DNA from: Ctenodactylus gundi
Taxonomy: Eukaryota
Length of the DNA: 64,000 bases
Direction: 5' to 3'
Assembly: GCA_048771875.1 (NCBI GenBank)
Contig: CM109709.1
Span: 44,260,541-44,324,540, forward strand
Below the pieces are notes generated by a model. The model did not search any database. It was not told the DNA's origin and saw nothing but the letters and a program-made list of their open reading frames with translations. Of this stretch, positions 22,740 to 33,439 are shown one piece after another (the first letter of the stretch is position 1; every line of letters starts with the position of its first letter). Position numbers and translations under genes: made by a program.

Positions 22740-22895
22740 CTTGGTGACTTCGAGTCCATCTACCCGGAAGAAGCTGACATGGCCAGCCCAACTGCCTGTG
22801 GCTAAGACCTGCCCTTCTGGGTGGAAGGCAATGCAGTTCAGGGACTTGGCACAGGTGTGCTGGGAGGTCAACTGCCCACGGACCGTGTCCCACAG
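22740..22895 (-). CDS. Tep1: TEP1 exon (WD40 repeat)
   Basis: Encodes LWDTVRGQLTSQHTCAKSLNCIAFHPEGQVLATGSWAGHVSFFRVDGLEVTK. Boundaries from ORF 22632..22871. Confidence 0.88.
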
Positions 22896-23074
22896 CTGCG
22901 GAGAAGAACCACGGTGCTAAGTACAGATGTCTGAGCTTCTCGGTCCCACAGCCCCAGCGGCCACCTTGCCCAGCCCCCTGCCTCAGCCCAGAAGGGCTCC
23001 TCAGGCCAGGCAATCAATGGCCATACTGAGAGAACCAACTCACAGGACTAATCACCGTTGAGGGGTCACGTTAC

Positions 23075-23174
23075 CTTTAGGCATCCTCCCAGGCACACAG
23101 TTGCCAGTAGCCGGCGGTCTGGGCTCAGGCAGCAGTCAGTGATTTGGTACTGATGAGCCTTGGTCTGGAGCACC
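23075..23174 (-). CDS. Tep1: TEP1 exon (WD40 repeat)
   Basis: Encodes (R)VLQTKAHQYQITDCCLSPDRRLLATVCLGGCLK. Acceptor ggaatag|G, donor AAAG|gtaacg. Confidence 0.82.
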
Positions 23175-23291
23175 CTATTCCAGGAAGACAAAGTCAGGCC
23201 CCAGAGGCCAACTGGCCACCGGCTACCTTCTCCTTTGTCCTAGGCTTCTGAAAGGGAAGGGTCTCACTTGTGATACGGGGGTACCTCTTAC

Positions 23292-23416
23292 CGACAGCCA
23301 TGCTGCACGTCCCAGAGTTCCAAGAGCCCGTCGTAGGCAGTAAGGAACACGGCAGTGTCCGAGAGGAAAGCACAAGAAGAGATCCCGTCACAGCCACTCA
23401 CCACAGACTTCTCCTC
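23292..23416 (-). CDS. Tep1: TEP1 exon (first WD40 repeats)
   Basis: Encodes EEKSVVSGCDGISSCAFLSDTAVFLTAYDGLLELWDVQHGC(R). Boundaries from ORF 23288..23473. Confidence 0.88.
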
Positions 23417-23489
23417 CTGTGAGGGCAGGTGGGAGGGGCAGCTCAGGCCGCACCCTTGACCTTCCACAACCAACCACTCCAGGGCCCAA

Positions 23490-23734
23490 CCAAAAAGGAG
23501 GCCCAGGGCTTAAGGAATGACTCAGTGGTTAAAGCACTTGCCTACACTAAGGCAAGCGCTAAGTACCTGACTGAGTTCGATTCCCCAGCACTACATAAGC
23601 TGGGTGTGGTGGTGCACGCCTGTAATCCCAGCACTCGGGAGGCTGAGCCAGAAAGACAGCCTTGAGTCTAAGGCCAGCCTGGACTCCACAGTGAGTTCAG
23701 GACTGGCCTGGGCTACAGAGCGAGGCTCTGTCTC

Positions 23735-23765
<31 letters not shown>
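23490..23765 (+). repeat. Composite SINE with A29 tail in a Tep1 intron
   Basis: Head ggcttaaggaatgactcagtggttaaagcacttgcctacactaaggc...; body gctgggtgtggtggtgcacgcctgtaatcccagcactcgggaggctgagcc...; then a29. Confidence 0.8.
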
Positions 23766-23766
<1 letters not shown>

Positions 23767-24810
23767 AGGATGGGAGGTCCAGGAAAGAATGGCTGGAGTC
23801 CTCAGTTATCTACACTCCTGCCCCAACATGGGTTCAACTGGGCCTCGTGACCCCGGTAGGGCTGTCTCTTCTCCTCCACTCCAAACCTCACATCTGTTCC
23901 TTAAGTCCTAGGTTTTTTGTGGGTCTGAGGGAATGAGGTGATACACACACAGAGCCCCAAGGGGGGAGGTGACACAGAGAGGAGAGACAGGTTGTGGCTG
24001 TGGGGCTCCCCTTGGCAGTCTAGTCTACCACTACCCCACTGCAGTCATTCCAAAGTTCACAGGAAACATTTGCCCCAGTCTTTGCTGAGGCTCAGCTCTC
24101 AGGCGGAAGGCTCCACCTCCACCTACAGCCTCCTCGAGGGGCATCACGTACAACACTCTTCACCAGTCAGTAGCTGTGTCTCGATTCCTCTCTCACCTGG
24201 TATGTCTTGCCTCCCAACAGGCTGATTGATGGGGAAAAGGCGATCTACTAAGTCCTGCACTCCTTGCAATGCTAGGTACAGTGTCTTGAAGGAAATCTGG
24301 GCAGCAAACACTTGCTGGGTTTTTTTTCCAGTACTGGGGATGGAACCCAGAACCTTTGCATTGAGCTACATCCTCAGCCCTTCTCATATTCATTTGTGTG
24401 ACAGGGTCTCACGAAGTCAGTCACTCAGTTGCCTCAAGCAGGAGGGTTACCTCAACCCCCCAGAGTGCTGTGGTTTTCAGCAGGCACCACCATATTTGAG
24501 TGTTTACTTTTGCTTTTGTTTTTTGGGGGTGATTTTTTTTTTTTTTAGACAAAGTTTCACTAGGTCACTAAATAGGTTACCCAGGCTCAGCTAAAACTTG
24601 CTCTCCTCCTGTGTCAGCCTCCCCAAGTGCTGTGATTACAGAACTGTGCCACTAGGTTGATTTTTTGACCACATCTTTTGATCCACGTGAGAGACATAAA
24701 GTTGCTGAATCAACCAGGAAGACAACAGGAGTGCTTGCCTTACCTACCTCTGCAGGGCAATCTGAGACACTTTTTTGAAGATGACCTCTGCCCTGCCTTG
24801 AGTGCCATAC

Positions 24811-24934
24811 CTGCCAGGTTCTCAGGTCCAACAGGTAAACGGTCCCATTGGCAGTGCCCACAGCTGCTCTTCGCCCATTGGGAGAGAAAGCTACGGCAGT
24901 AGGTGACGAGGAAACTGCCAGAGACAGGCTGGAG
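24811..24934 (-). CDS. Tep1: TEP1 exon
   Basis: Encodes (S)SSLSLAVSSSPTAVAFSPNGRRAAVGTANGTVYLLDLRTWQ. Boundaries from ORF 24652..25029. Confidence 0.88.
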
Positions 24935-25119
24935 CTGGAGAAAGAGCACGAAGAAAGAGGAACTGAGGGGGAACAAGCAACTAGAAATCCTTTTCTGCAT
25001 TTCTGTGTCTGAATCCCCCTCTCCACCATGATTCCGGTCTGTCTTTCCTTCTCCAGTTTCAGGAAGGGCTGTAGCTGTTGCCTGGTGGACTTTACAGGGC
25101 CCAGGGTAAAAGGTTTTAC

Positions 25120-25360
25120 CTTTGCTGATCCCCCAGGGTCTGGGGTTTATTCAACCATCTCAGTGTGTGCTGGAGATGCCACTGCTGGGAGAGCTGGGGG
25201 GCCTGGCAACAAAGAGGCGAGTCTAGAGGCTGGTTGGTGGCCTGCTGGTGCAGGAGGAGGGGGTACCGGCTGAGTAATGGAGCCTGCTGCCTCAGGAAGG
25301 TGCGAAATGTTGCCACATTGGCCTCTGGGAGTTTCTGCTCCTCTTCAGAGACTGAAGAAG
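25120..25360 (-). CDS. Tep1: TEP1 exon
   Basis: Encodes (A)SSVSEEEQKLPEANVATFRTFLRQQAPLLSRYPLLLHQQATNQPLDSPLCCQAPQLSQQWHLQHTLRWLNKPQTLGDQQ. Acceptor is a (TC)24 tract ending ctcatag|. Boundaries from ORF 25116..25472. Confidence 0.86.

Positions 25361-25364
<4 letters not shown>

Positions 25365-25412
<48 letters not shown>
25365..25412. repeat. (GA)24 microsatellite; reads as (UC)24 polypyrimidine tract of a Tep1 acceptor
   Basis: Plus strand gagagagaga... runs directly into ctatgag|cttctt. On the minus strand this is (tc)24 tcatag|GCT, the acceptor of exon 25120-25360. Confidence 0.95.
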
Positions 25413-25414
<2 letters not shown>

Positions 25415-26153
25415 CTGAGGTTGTAGTCAGTAGTAGCATAATTGTATTGCATGCACTAGGCCCTAGGTTCACTCCCTACTATCACCAAAAGAAAGAAAAG
25501 TATCGCTGAGTAGCCAGCAGCCTGGACCCCATTAATCTCAACACCAAATCAAATCATGTGTCTAAAAGAGTAAATCTCTAAGTGTGACCCTTTGCCCCAC
25601 ATGAGAAATACTTATTCAAAATATAAAGCTTTGCCAGGCCCAGTGGCACAGGCCTATAATCCCAGCGCTCTGGTAGGATGAGGCAAGAGGATCACAAACT
25701 TAAACCCAGTTTGGTCAACTTAGCAAGAATCCATCTCAAAATCAAAAGGAAAAACATGTAGCTCAGTGTGAAGGCTCTTGGCTTGGTCCCCAGTATCACC
25801 GCCACCAAAAAAAAAAAAAAAAAAAAAAAATCAGTCTGTCTGTCTGTCTCTGTCTCTTTCTCTATCACTTTGGGCCCCACACTTGACCTAAAGAAGCAGG
25901 ATCTGGAGACCTCAGGATCTGAAATTCGAACAAGTTCCAGACATGATTGCCACTAAATAAAGTCTGGCATCTCTGATTAAAGAGATCTAAGTAAAAGTTC
26001 TCCTGAGAATCACCAGCTCACCCTCTCAGCATTTTCAGTTTGGAGTGGAAATCTGGCCAGTTGTTCCATAAGACCTCCCCTCACCAGGGCCCTCACAATC
26101 ACACTCAGGAGTCCCACATCTCAGAGGAGAAACTGCTTGGCGACTCCTCTCAC

Positions 26154-26268
26154 CGTAAAGGGCATGCGCCTCGAAGAGCCGCGGGACCAGGCCCAATTCC
26201 AGGTGTGCAGCCACCACGTGCAGATTGGTGAGGAACTTTGCAAGAAGGTCGCAGTTCCCACTCTGGAG
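26154..26268 (-). CDS. Tep1: TEP1 exon
   Basis: Encodes LQSGNCDLLAKFLTNLHVVAAHLELGLVPRLFEAHALY. Boundaries from ORF 26035..26217. Confidence 0.85.
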
Positions 26269-26509
26269 CTAAGGGGCGGGGTATAGATTGTACTCTTTCG
26301 TGGTGTGGAGAGGCTGGTGAGCAGGCACAGTCGAGTCTAGGACCCGGACCCAGAATGTAACAAAGAACCGGAAGGAAGAGAGAAAAACTGAGAAGGGAGA
26401 GGTAGAGAGCATTTGGAAATGTGATGGTGGTGGTAGGCAGAGCGAAGGGGATCTAAGAACAGAAAAGGAGGTGTCTGGGAGAAGGTGTCCGTGGGGCCTG
26501 AAGACTCAC

Positions 26510-26598
26510 CAGGTGGTGAGGCAGGTCCCCTAGAGCCTCTGGAGGGCAGTTTCGGAAGGTGCCTGAGGCATCAGGGTCACATGTCTTCCAGAGCTGAG
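26510..26598 (-). CDS. Tep1: TEP1 exon
   Basis: Encodes (A)QLWKTCDPDASGTFRNCPPEALGDLPHHL. Acceptor ttcttgcag|CT, donor CTG|gtgagt. Confidence 0.82.
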
Positions 26599-26795
26599 CT
26601 GCAAGAACAGACATTGAGAAGGGCTCGGCCTGAAGATCCCCAAGACCGCATGCCCCAGGTTACAGGAGTCGTCCACCCCCTGGAATGGCAAGTGAGGTGG
26701 CCAGCAAATGTGGAGAACGGGCTCCCACAGTGGGGAGTCCCGGCCTCCGGGTCCAGCCTCACACTCCGTGCCCGGCTGACTTAGGCTACATGCAC

Positions 26796-26929
26796 CTGCT
26801 AGGAGGATGTGCGCTGTGTTCTCCAGCCCTAGAATTTTCCCGTAGCGACGTTTAGCAGCTGTCCTCAGGGGCCCATCTGGGAGGTAGATGCGGGCACCAG
26901 GACGCTCCAGAGGTCCCTCTCCCAGCAAA
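26796..26929 (-). CDS. Tep1: TEP1 exon
   Basis: Encodes (S)LLGEGPLERPGARIYLPDGPLRTAAKRRYGKILGLENTAHILL. Boundaries from ORF 26530..26928. Confidence 0.86.
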
Positions 26930-27180
26930 CTGTCCTCAGGAAAGGAGGGGGAAAAACAGGGGAGGGGAGAGAGGAGGCATGCCAGTAAGCAGCCTGGTCA
27001 GTGGTGGGCTCCTGTTCCCTCTTCAGAGAGTAGCACTGGAGCTGCATCTGACCTAGGGCCTGGGAGGCAGGTGTCATAACTGCGCTAAAGGAAGGATGGG
27101 ATGGGAAGGGTCACATGGGCCTTCACTAAAACACGCGAAGGCACAGTATAGTGGCTGAGAGTTCATTGGGGGCCCTGTAC

Positions 27181-27331
27181 CTGCGCAGACTCTGGACGAG
27201 GTAGGCGAATGCACCCATGGGGTAGGAGTCTTCACTGCTAAGAGCAGCCACTGCTTCCTCCCAGCTCTTAGCCCCCTTGGGCAGAATCCGCCATGCACTC
27301 AGCACTGCGTGCAGCTGCTCCACAGTCAGAC
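27181..27331 (-). CDS. Tep1: TEP1 exon
   Basis: Encodes (G)LTVEQLHAVLSAWRILPKGAKSWEEAVAALSSEDSYPMGAFAYLVQSLR. Boundaries from ORF 27126..27323. Confidence 0.86.
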
Positions 27332-27485
27332 CTGAAAACCCAGGCTCTCAGAGGCCCAAAGCAAACCACACGGGGTGCCATCCTCATGACCGCTGGCCCT
27401 TCCTGCTCTGCTGGCTGAGATCCACCCCGAACCAAGGCCTCCAGCCCCTGAGAACCCCAGGCTCCCATCCTGCCCAGCCACTGAC

Positions 27486-27618
27486 CACTGCGTGTGACCT
27501 CAAGAGTGGCCAGGGCCTGGGCAAGGATAAAGTGGCCATGCTCCTGCTCCAGCGTGCTCAGAATGTGCTGCAGCAGCAGGGGGACAGTGGTAGGCAGGGC
27601 ACGCAGCGTCTCAGACAC
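27486..27618 (-). CDS. Tep1: TEP1 exon
   Basis: Encodes VSETLRALPTTVPLLLQHILSTLEQEHGHFILAQALATLEVTRS. Boundaries from ORF 27268..27618. Confidence 0.88.
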
Positions 27619-27876
27619 CTGGGAGGGGAGGGAGACGAGGCTTTGTCAATGGGGAGTGAGAGAAGCGGCCTTGGTGGTGGCAAGGGAGGAAGGAGCTGGA
27701 CAATCGGTGGAAAGGGGTGGGAGGGGGAGGAGAAACAGGTAGAGAGATGTGTGCACAGAGGTGAGGCAAGGATGGGGGGGGTGGGTGACCACAGATGGCC
27801 AAGGATGAGGGACAGGGATGAAGCCAGAAGCAGAAAGGTAAGCAGGTCAGGACTTGGAGGAGGAGGAATGACCAAC

Positions 27877-27969
27877 CTGCTCATAGAGTGTGAAGAGTCT
27901 CAGGTGGTCGGTGACCAGGCGCAGGTAGAGTGGCAGGCTTGACCCCCGCTTCACTAGCAGCAGCCGCAT
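27877..27969 (-). CDS. Tep1: TEP1 exon
   Basis: Encodes MRLLLVKRGSSLPLYLRLVTDHLRLFTLYEQ. Acceptor tgtctcaccag|ATG, donor CAG|gttggt. Confidence 0.82.
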
Positions 27970-28516
27970 CTGGTGAGACACAGAAGACTCAGAGTGGGGA
28001 CCAGTGAACGGGCCTCGGCCCCTAGCATCCAGCTCACTGCAAGAGGCGGCTTCTCTGAGAGCCTCATCAGGAGACAGGCTAGGGCATCTTCTCAGGATAC
28101 AATCATCTCTTCCATTTTTCAGCCAGGCGGGTCAGAGACACCCTGGTGGCTCTGCCTACAGCCTCCTCCCTCTATATCTACAGCCTCACTTATTTTATTA
28201 GCTGCTTTCCATGGTAAAAAGTTCATTTTTTCCATGGTACTGGGGATCAAGCACTGGGTCTTCTTTATTTTTAACTTTGAGACAAGTTCTTGTCACTAAG
28301 CTGCCCAGGCTTGGCTTGAACTTGCAATCTTCCTGCCTGAATCTCCCCAGAGTTCTGGGATTACAGGCCTGTGACCCCAGGCATAGCCCCACAGTTAAAA
28401 AAAAAAAGTTACTGAAAAAATCATAGTCTCTCAAGGCAGCTGACAGCCTAAGCACCCTGCATCCTCCCAGCTCCCAGCTCCGCCCCACACGTCCATCAGC
28501 CCTGGCCACGACTAAC

Positions 28517-28696
28517 CTGGTTGTTAAAAGGTGACTCCTCCAGCCGCTTGCCATATAATGCCAGCTCACTTCTCACCAGGTGGGCCCGGGCAGATGGCTG
28601 TAGAGGCCCCAGGGCCACCACGTGAGCACTGTAGCTCTGCTCAAGGGTCTCCTGTAGGCTGGAATCACTAGATACACTCAGCACTAAGTGTACTTT
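28517..28696 (-). CDS. Tep1: TEP1 exon (NACHT region)
   Basis: Encodes KVHLVLSVSSDSSLQETLEQSYSAHVVALGPLQPSARAHLVRSELALYGKRLEESPFNNQ. Boundaries from ORF 28496..28705. Confidence 0.88.
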
Positions 28697-28821
28697 CTGA
28701 GACATTGGGGAAAAGGAGCAAGAAAAGATGAAAAAGCCACATTAGAGGGGCCCCTCTCCTCCCTAGGGCATCCCTCCTTCCTCCAACCTGCCTCCCACCC
28801 CCATCTCCTTTCCACACTCAC

Positions 28822-28978
28822 CCGGGGAAGTGACCGTGGGATCCAATCTGAGATCTGCTGCCCATTCTGGTCCAGCAGCCTGTCAGCCCCATCAACGATG
28901 AGGACCAGGTTCTGGCCAGGTGGCAGGGTCTCAGCAGCCTTGGGCAGCAGTCCTTGCTGCAGTTCCCACACCAGGCCT
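28822..28978 (-). CDS. Tep1: TEP1 exon (NACHT region)
   Basis: Encodes (R)GLVWELQQGLLPKAAETLPPGQNLVLIVDGADRLLDQNGQQISDWIPRSLPR. Boundaries from ORF 28684..28971. Confidence 0.88.
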
Positions 28979-29051
28979 CTGTGTGGAGGGAAGGCAGGTC
29001 ATTAGGACAGAGAAATGCCACGATGAGGCTGCTTGGTAGGAATATACGCAC

Positions 29052-29227
29052 CGGTAGGTGCTGGGGAGGGCACTTGGTTTGTGCAGTTTTCCATGCAGAT
29101 AGGAACAGAGGCGTCGGAGTAGGTGGAGGGCCAGACCCTGGTCAGGGCGGGCCCCTGAGAAGTGGAAGAAGACTGAGGGGCCCACCTGGCCTCCATCCGG
29201 GTTCTTCAGAACTGACACAAGGGATGC
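29052..29227 (-). CDS. Tep1: TEP1 exon (NACHT region)
   Basis: Encodes ASLVSVLKNPDGGQVGPSVFFHFSGARPDQGLALHLLRRLCSYLHGKLHKPSALPSTY(R). Boundaries from ORF 28931..29233. Confidence 0.88.
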
Positions 29228-29326
29228 CTGCATGGGAAGGGGATAAGAACAAGGTCACAAGTTCCCTGTGCCTCACTCTTCAGTCCATATGGCCTTTGCC
29301 CTTGCCTAGAACCCCAGGACTCATAC

Positions 29327-29521
29327 CAGGAAGGCAGTCTTGCCCTGGCCTGACTGCCCAGTCACCAGGCTCAGCCTCCCATGGGGCAGCATAAGCTGCT
29401 GCACTGTGTCCAGAAGAAGCAATGGCCGTGCAGGACTTGGTGGCTTCTGTAGCTGCTGGAATGTAGCTTGGACTAAGTCATCTTCTGAGATGGACACTGG
29501 CTGCTCCAGAGGGTCCCCAGG
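29327..29521 (-). CDS. Tep1: TEP1 exon (NACHT P-loop)
   Basis: Encodes PGDPLEQPVSISEDDLVQATFQQLQKPPSPARPLLLLDTVQQLMLPHGRLSLVTGQSGQGKTAFL with Walker-A motif GQSGQGKT. Boundaries from ORF 29321..29737. Confidence 0.9.
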
Positions 29522-29631
29522 CTGAGGGCACACAAGACAGTGACTATACATGTCTCCTTGCTCCTCAGGACTCCCAGAATCCCCACCCAGGACTATGGTG
29601 ATCCCTTCCCTATCCCTCTGGTCCTGCTGAC

Positions 29632-29749
29632 CTGTAGGTAGAGCTTCTGAATTACATTCCACACATCCTGGAGAACCAACTGCCCAAACTGCTCTAGCCC
29701 CCCAACATAGGGCCGGCCAGCTGCCACGCCCCCCCATTCACAGGAGTAT
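29632..29749 (-). CDS. Tep1: TEP1 exon
   Basis: Encodes (G)[39 protein letters not shown]. Acceptor cctgcag|A, donor CAG|gtcagc. Confidence 0.82.
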
Positions 29750-29842
29750 CTGCAGGCAAAGCAGGCACAACCAGAGTCAGAGCAGGCCCGGATCCCCTCA
29801 CCACGTCCCTCTACACGGTGCTCTCTCCCTCCCCATGCTCAC

Positions 29843-29956
29843 CCACGACAGGTAACCTCTTTGTGTCTGCTCAGATAGCTCTTCAGCTTGGAGATACGAT
29901 GTGCAGCTTCCTCAGACTCCGAAATGAAGTCAGGTCTCCAGGCGTCTGGCACAGAG
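29843..29956 (-). CDS. Tep1: TEP1 exon
   Basis: Encodes (S)[37 protein letters not shown]. Boundaries from ORF 29839..30225. Confidence 0.86.
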
Positions 29957-30225
29957 CTGACCATCAAAGATACCCCAAGAATGAGGCTAGACTTAGCCTC
30001 AGCATCCCACCCCCAGCCATCAGATATGGCTGTGCTCCCTGAAGCTCCAGTAGCAATCTCCCGGCTTTGGCTGCAAGGCTGATATGGGCCGCAAAGGCAC
30101 GCTCTCGGAATCCTGCCCCTCTCATTTAGCTCACCCCTCCTACAGTCTGCATGCAGGAAAGCAAGGACCAAGCCTGCCTGGCCTTGTGGGGAGGGAGGTC
30201 TGGCCCGAGAGGCAACAGAAGGCAC

Positions 30226-30350
30226 CTTAGGAAACTGGAATCGCGGAAGTAGAAGAGCGCCTGGCCAGAGGGCTGCAGGCCCGGGTCTCGATTCAGGAAC
30301 TGCATCACCTCCATCTCTGTCACCGAGCGCCCTGCTGGGTACTGCTGGGC
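30226..30350 (-). CDS. Tep1: TEP1 exon
   Basis: Encodes [41 protein letters not shown]. Boundaries from ORF 30126..30323. Confidence 0.86.
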
Positions 30351-30519
30351 CTGCAGGGGAGGGCAGAGATGACAGGTTTATCGGAGCTCACACTACTCCA
30401 TCCCTCAAGACCTGCAAGCATCCCAGGGCTCTCTCATCTCAATGTCTGTCTCTCTGTCCAAACACAATCCACAAAGTACAGCTAACAATTGCTGATTGCC
30501 TGAATATACTGCATATGTG

Positions 30520-30765
30520 GGGTTTTTCTTTTGTTTTATTTTGATCTTACTACAGGTTCTTACTCAGGCTGGTCCTGAACTCACTATGGAGCCCAGGCTT
30601 GCCTTGGACTCATGGCAACCCTCCTGCCTCAGCCTCCTGAGTGCTGGGATTACAGGAGTGCACCACCACACTCAGCTTATATGGGGCTGGGGAATTGAAC
30701 TCAGGGCCTTGAGCTTGCTAGGTAAACACTTTAACCACTGTGCTATTCCTCCAGACCTCTACATA
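30520..30765 (-). repeat. Composite ID+B1 SINE (minus orientation) in a Tep1 intron
   Basis: Same consensus as the other minus-orientation copies (tcctgaactcactatggagcccaggcttgccttggactcatggcaaccctcctgcctcagcctcctgagtgctgggattacag...). Confidence 0.75.
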
Positions 30766-31163
30766 TGTTTTAAATAGATTTTTTAACTCATATAATAACC
30801 CTGCAATGTAGATGGATTTTTTGTTTTGTTTTTATTTGCTTCTCTCTAATCCGTGGGGATATTGAAGATAGCTTAGATTAGGTTGCCTCCCACAAAACTG
30901 CAAAACCTATAGATAACAGGAGGGGATTAGAATCAAGACCTGATTACAACACCTCAGCAAGCAGACCTGCCCTAGCCTCTCACAGGCCTTTGCCAACCCC
31001 AGAGGAACGTGCTGGGGAAGGCTTAGTCACTCGCAGAATCTGCTGCCCACGTTTCATGCCAAGTCTCAAGGACCAGCCTGTGCAGTGACCCAGGGCTCCT
31101 GAAAAACACTGGCTTCTCCCACCTGTGTGTTCCCCAGCCCCTCCTCCAACCTCGCCTCCTTAC

Positions 31164-31284
31164 CCAGCGGAAGTGAGGACGATCAGGGAGGTTATAGCTG
31201 GGAGGAACATAGCCATAGCGCGAGCCCAGAATCCCCACGAACAGCTGCGAGTTCTCCACCTCGCCAAGGCACACTTCCAGCTGT
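31164..31284 (-). CDS. Tep1: TEP1 exon
   Basis: Encodes (R)[40 protein letters not shown]. Boundaries from ORF 31023..31319. Confidence 0.88.
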
Positions 31285-31531
31285 CTGTGGGCATGATTAT
31301 AAGGACATGTGGGAGTCACCGGGGCAGAGTGCCAGGGGAGACAGGCACAGGAATGGAAAATGGCCCTGGCTCACACTGAGCAAAGGGAAGGCAGGCTGCA
31401 GTTGATAGCGCCAAGAGACAACTCCACGCCCTTACCCTCGCCCGTTCTTGCAGATCCACCCCTGCTCGCCTCAGTTTCACCTTCCAGCCCCTCAGCCCTG
31501 ACCTCGTTCATCTTCCCTGAGGGCCCCATAC

Positions 31532-31708
31532 CTGTTCCTCTGGGTCTCCTCCTCGGTGATGCCCCAGCGCAGGTCGATGCCATGAAGGCTGATGCGGTGG
31601 GGGGCCGCTCGGGCCTGCAGAGCTGGCAGCACGAACCTCAGCAACAGGTCCCGCTCCCCATGCATGTCCCGGAAAGTGGAGGAGATGAAGAGGTGGATGC
31701 TGCGCCAC
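31532..31708 (-). CDS. Tep1: TEP1 exon
   Basis: Encodes (G)[58 protein letters not shown](R). Boundaries from ORF 31492..31722. Confidence 0.88.
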
Positions 31709-32637
31709 CTGGGAGTAAGCAAAAGCTGGGCTCAGCTTCCCCAAGTCCACAGGCAGGCACCCGTCAGCACCGAGCACTGGCCGGGAATGGCAGATAGCCA
31801 AAACGCACACTGCAGGCCTCCCGAGAACAACCTGCTTGAGGTCTCAACTGCAGAGCCTCTCCTGTTTTGGCCAATCACTGCTATGTATTTACTATTTGTT
31901 TATAACAGCTATAAAGTAAGCACTATCAAGACCTCTGATGTACTCACTGAGAAACTACAGCTTTGCCAGGCATGGTGGTGTTTGCCCATAAAACAGCTAC
32001 TCAGCAAGCTGAGGCATGAGGACAGTGAGTTCAAGTCCAGCCTGGGCAACTCAGGGAGAACTTGATTCAAAAAAGGGAAAAAAACAGTGGGGCTCAGTAG
32101 CACGGGACAATAATTCCAGCACTCTGGGAAACTGAGGCAGGAGGATCACAAGTTCAAGTCCAGGTTGAGGAACTTAGTGAGACCCTATCTCGAAGTTAGA
32201 AATAAAAACAAGCTGAGGATATAATTTGATGTGAACATCTTGGGCTCAATTTGAAGTACAACAACAACAAAATAAAAAAATATATAATTTTTTTAGAAAA
32301 TAAGAAGGGCTAGGTTGTAGCTCAGTGATAGGGCTCTTGCCTAGCATGTGTAAGTCTCAGTACTGTAAAACAAACAAAAAATCATGATAGCTTAAAAAAA
32401 AGCAACTAACCCAAGGTTAGCTATTATGTGGCAAAGCTAGAAAATCCAAAATCCAAGGTCTGTGTTCCTAGTCCTTTCTTTGAGCTCTGGTGATACAGCC
32501 CTGGTGCCAGCTGCCTTCCTGGCAGTCTAACATCCTTTTCCAAGTAGTAAAAGGTGCCGATCCACAATCTGATCATTTCCAGTACTGGGAAGGAAGAAGC
32601 TCACAGACTCTTTTCAGGCATAGAAACATAGACTGAC

Positions 32638-32796
32638 CCATGCTGTGAAATAGGAGTCAAGGGGCTGGGGATGTCCTCTTCCAGTGGCCGGAGAGTCAGG
32701 ACCTGTGTCCTTCCTTGGGGAGGTGGAATCTTGTGAATTCTGTCCATTTGGCCCACATGTTCCAGAAGACGAGAGGCCCCATGCTCTGCAATGAAC
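32638..32796 (-). CDS. Tep1: TEP1 exon
   Basis: Encodes (K)FIAEHGASRLLEHVGQMDRIHKIPPPQGRTQVLTLRPLEEDIPSPLTPISQH(G). Acceptor atttatgttag|G, donor CATGG|gtcagt. Confidence 0.82.
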
Positions 32797-33439
32797 CTAA
32801 CATAAATAAAAACAAAATAAATGAAAGTAGATTATTAGAGTACAGAATCAGGAAGGCGTCTACATATATGCATGGGTATGCACATGAAGCTCATTCATTT
32901 TGAAAATTTATGGACTATTTGTTATGTGATAATCATGAGGCTAGATCCTGAGAGGCTAAATAATTAAAAGTCCTTCCACAAAGAGGCTAAGTGTGGGCAG
33001 GGGTTCAGGAATACTTCACAAGACAGTAGTAACATTAGTGTTTCAGGAGATTCTAGAGCTCTGAGATCAAAGGAGTCACTCTAATAACACCCAGGGCATG
33101 TGCCTGGGCCTAATAAGAGGTAAGGATAGGGGGCAGCATTCACAGAAAAAGGCAGGAAAGAAAACAACTAAATGAAAGGGCCAACTAGGTATAGTGGTGT
33201 ATGCCTATGATCCAAGCACTCCAGGAAGCTGAGGCAGAAATATTGCAAGCTCACGCCCAGCTTGTAAAATTTATTGACTTAACAAGACTGTCTCAAAAAA
33301 TATATATTTTTTTTCACTTTCAGTCACGATGGCAGCCAAGCAACAGAGCTTCATGGTATCTCCTAGTGCACCCACTTAAAAAGTTGAGACTTTAGTCAAA
33401 AAAATGCCTGTTCAATGTAGCTAGGACAGGGAGGTGCAC

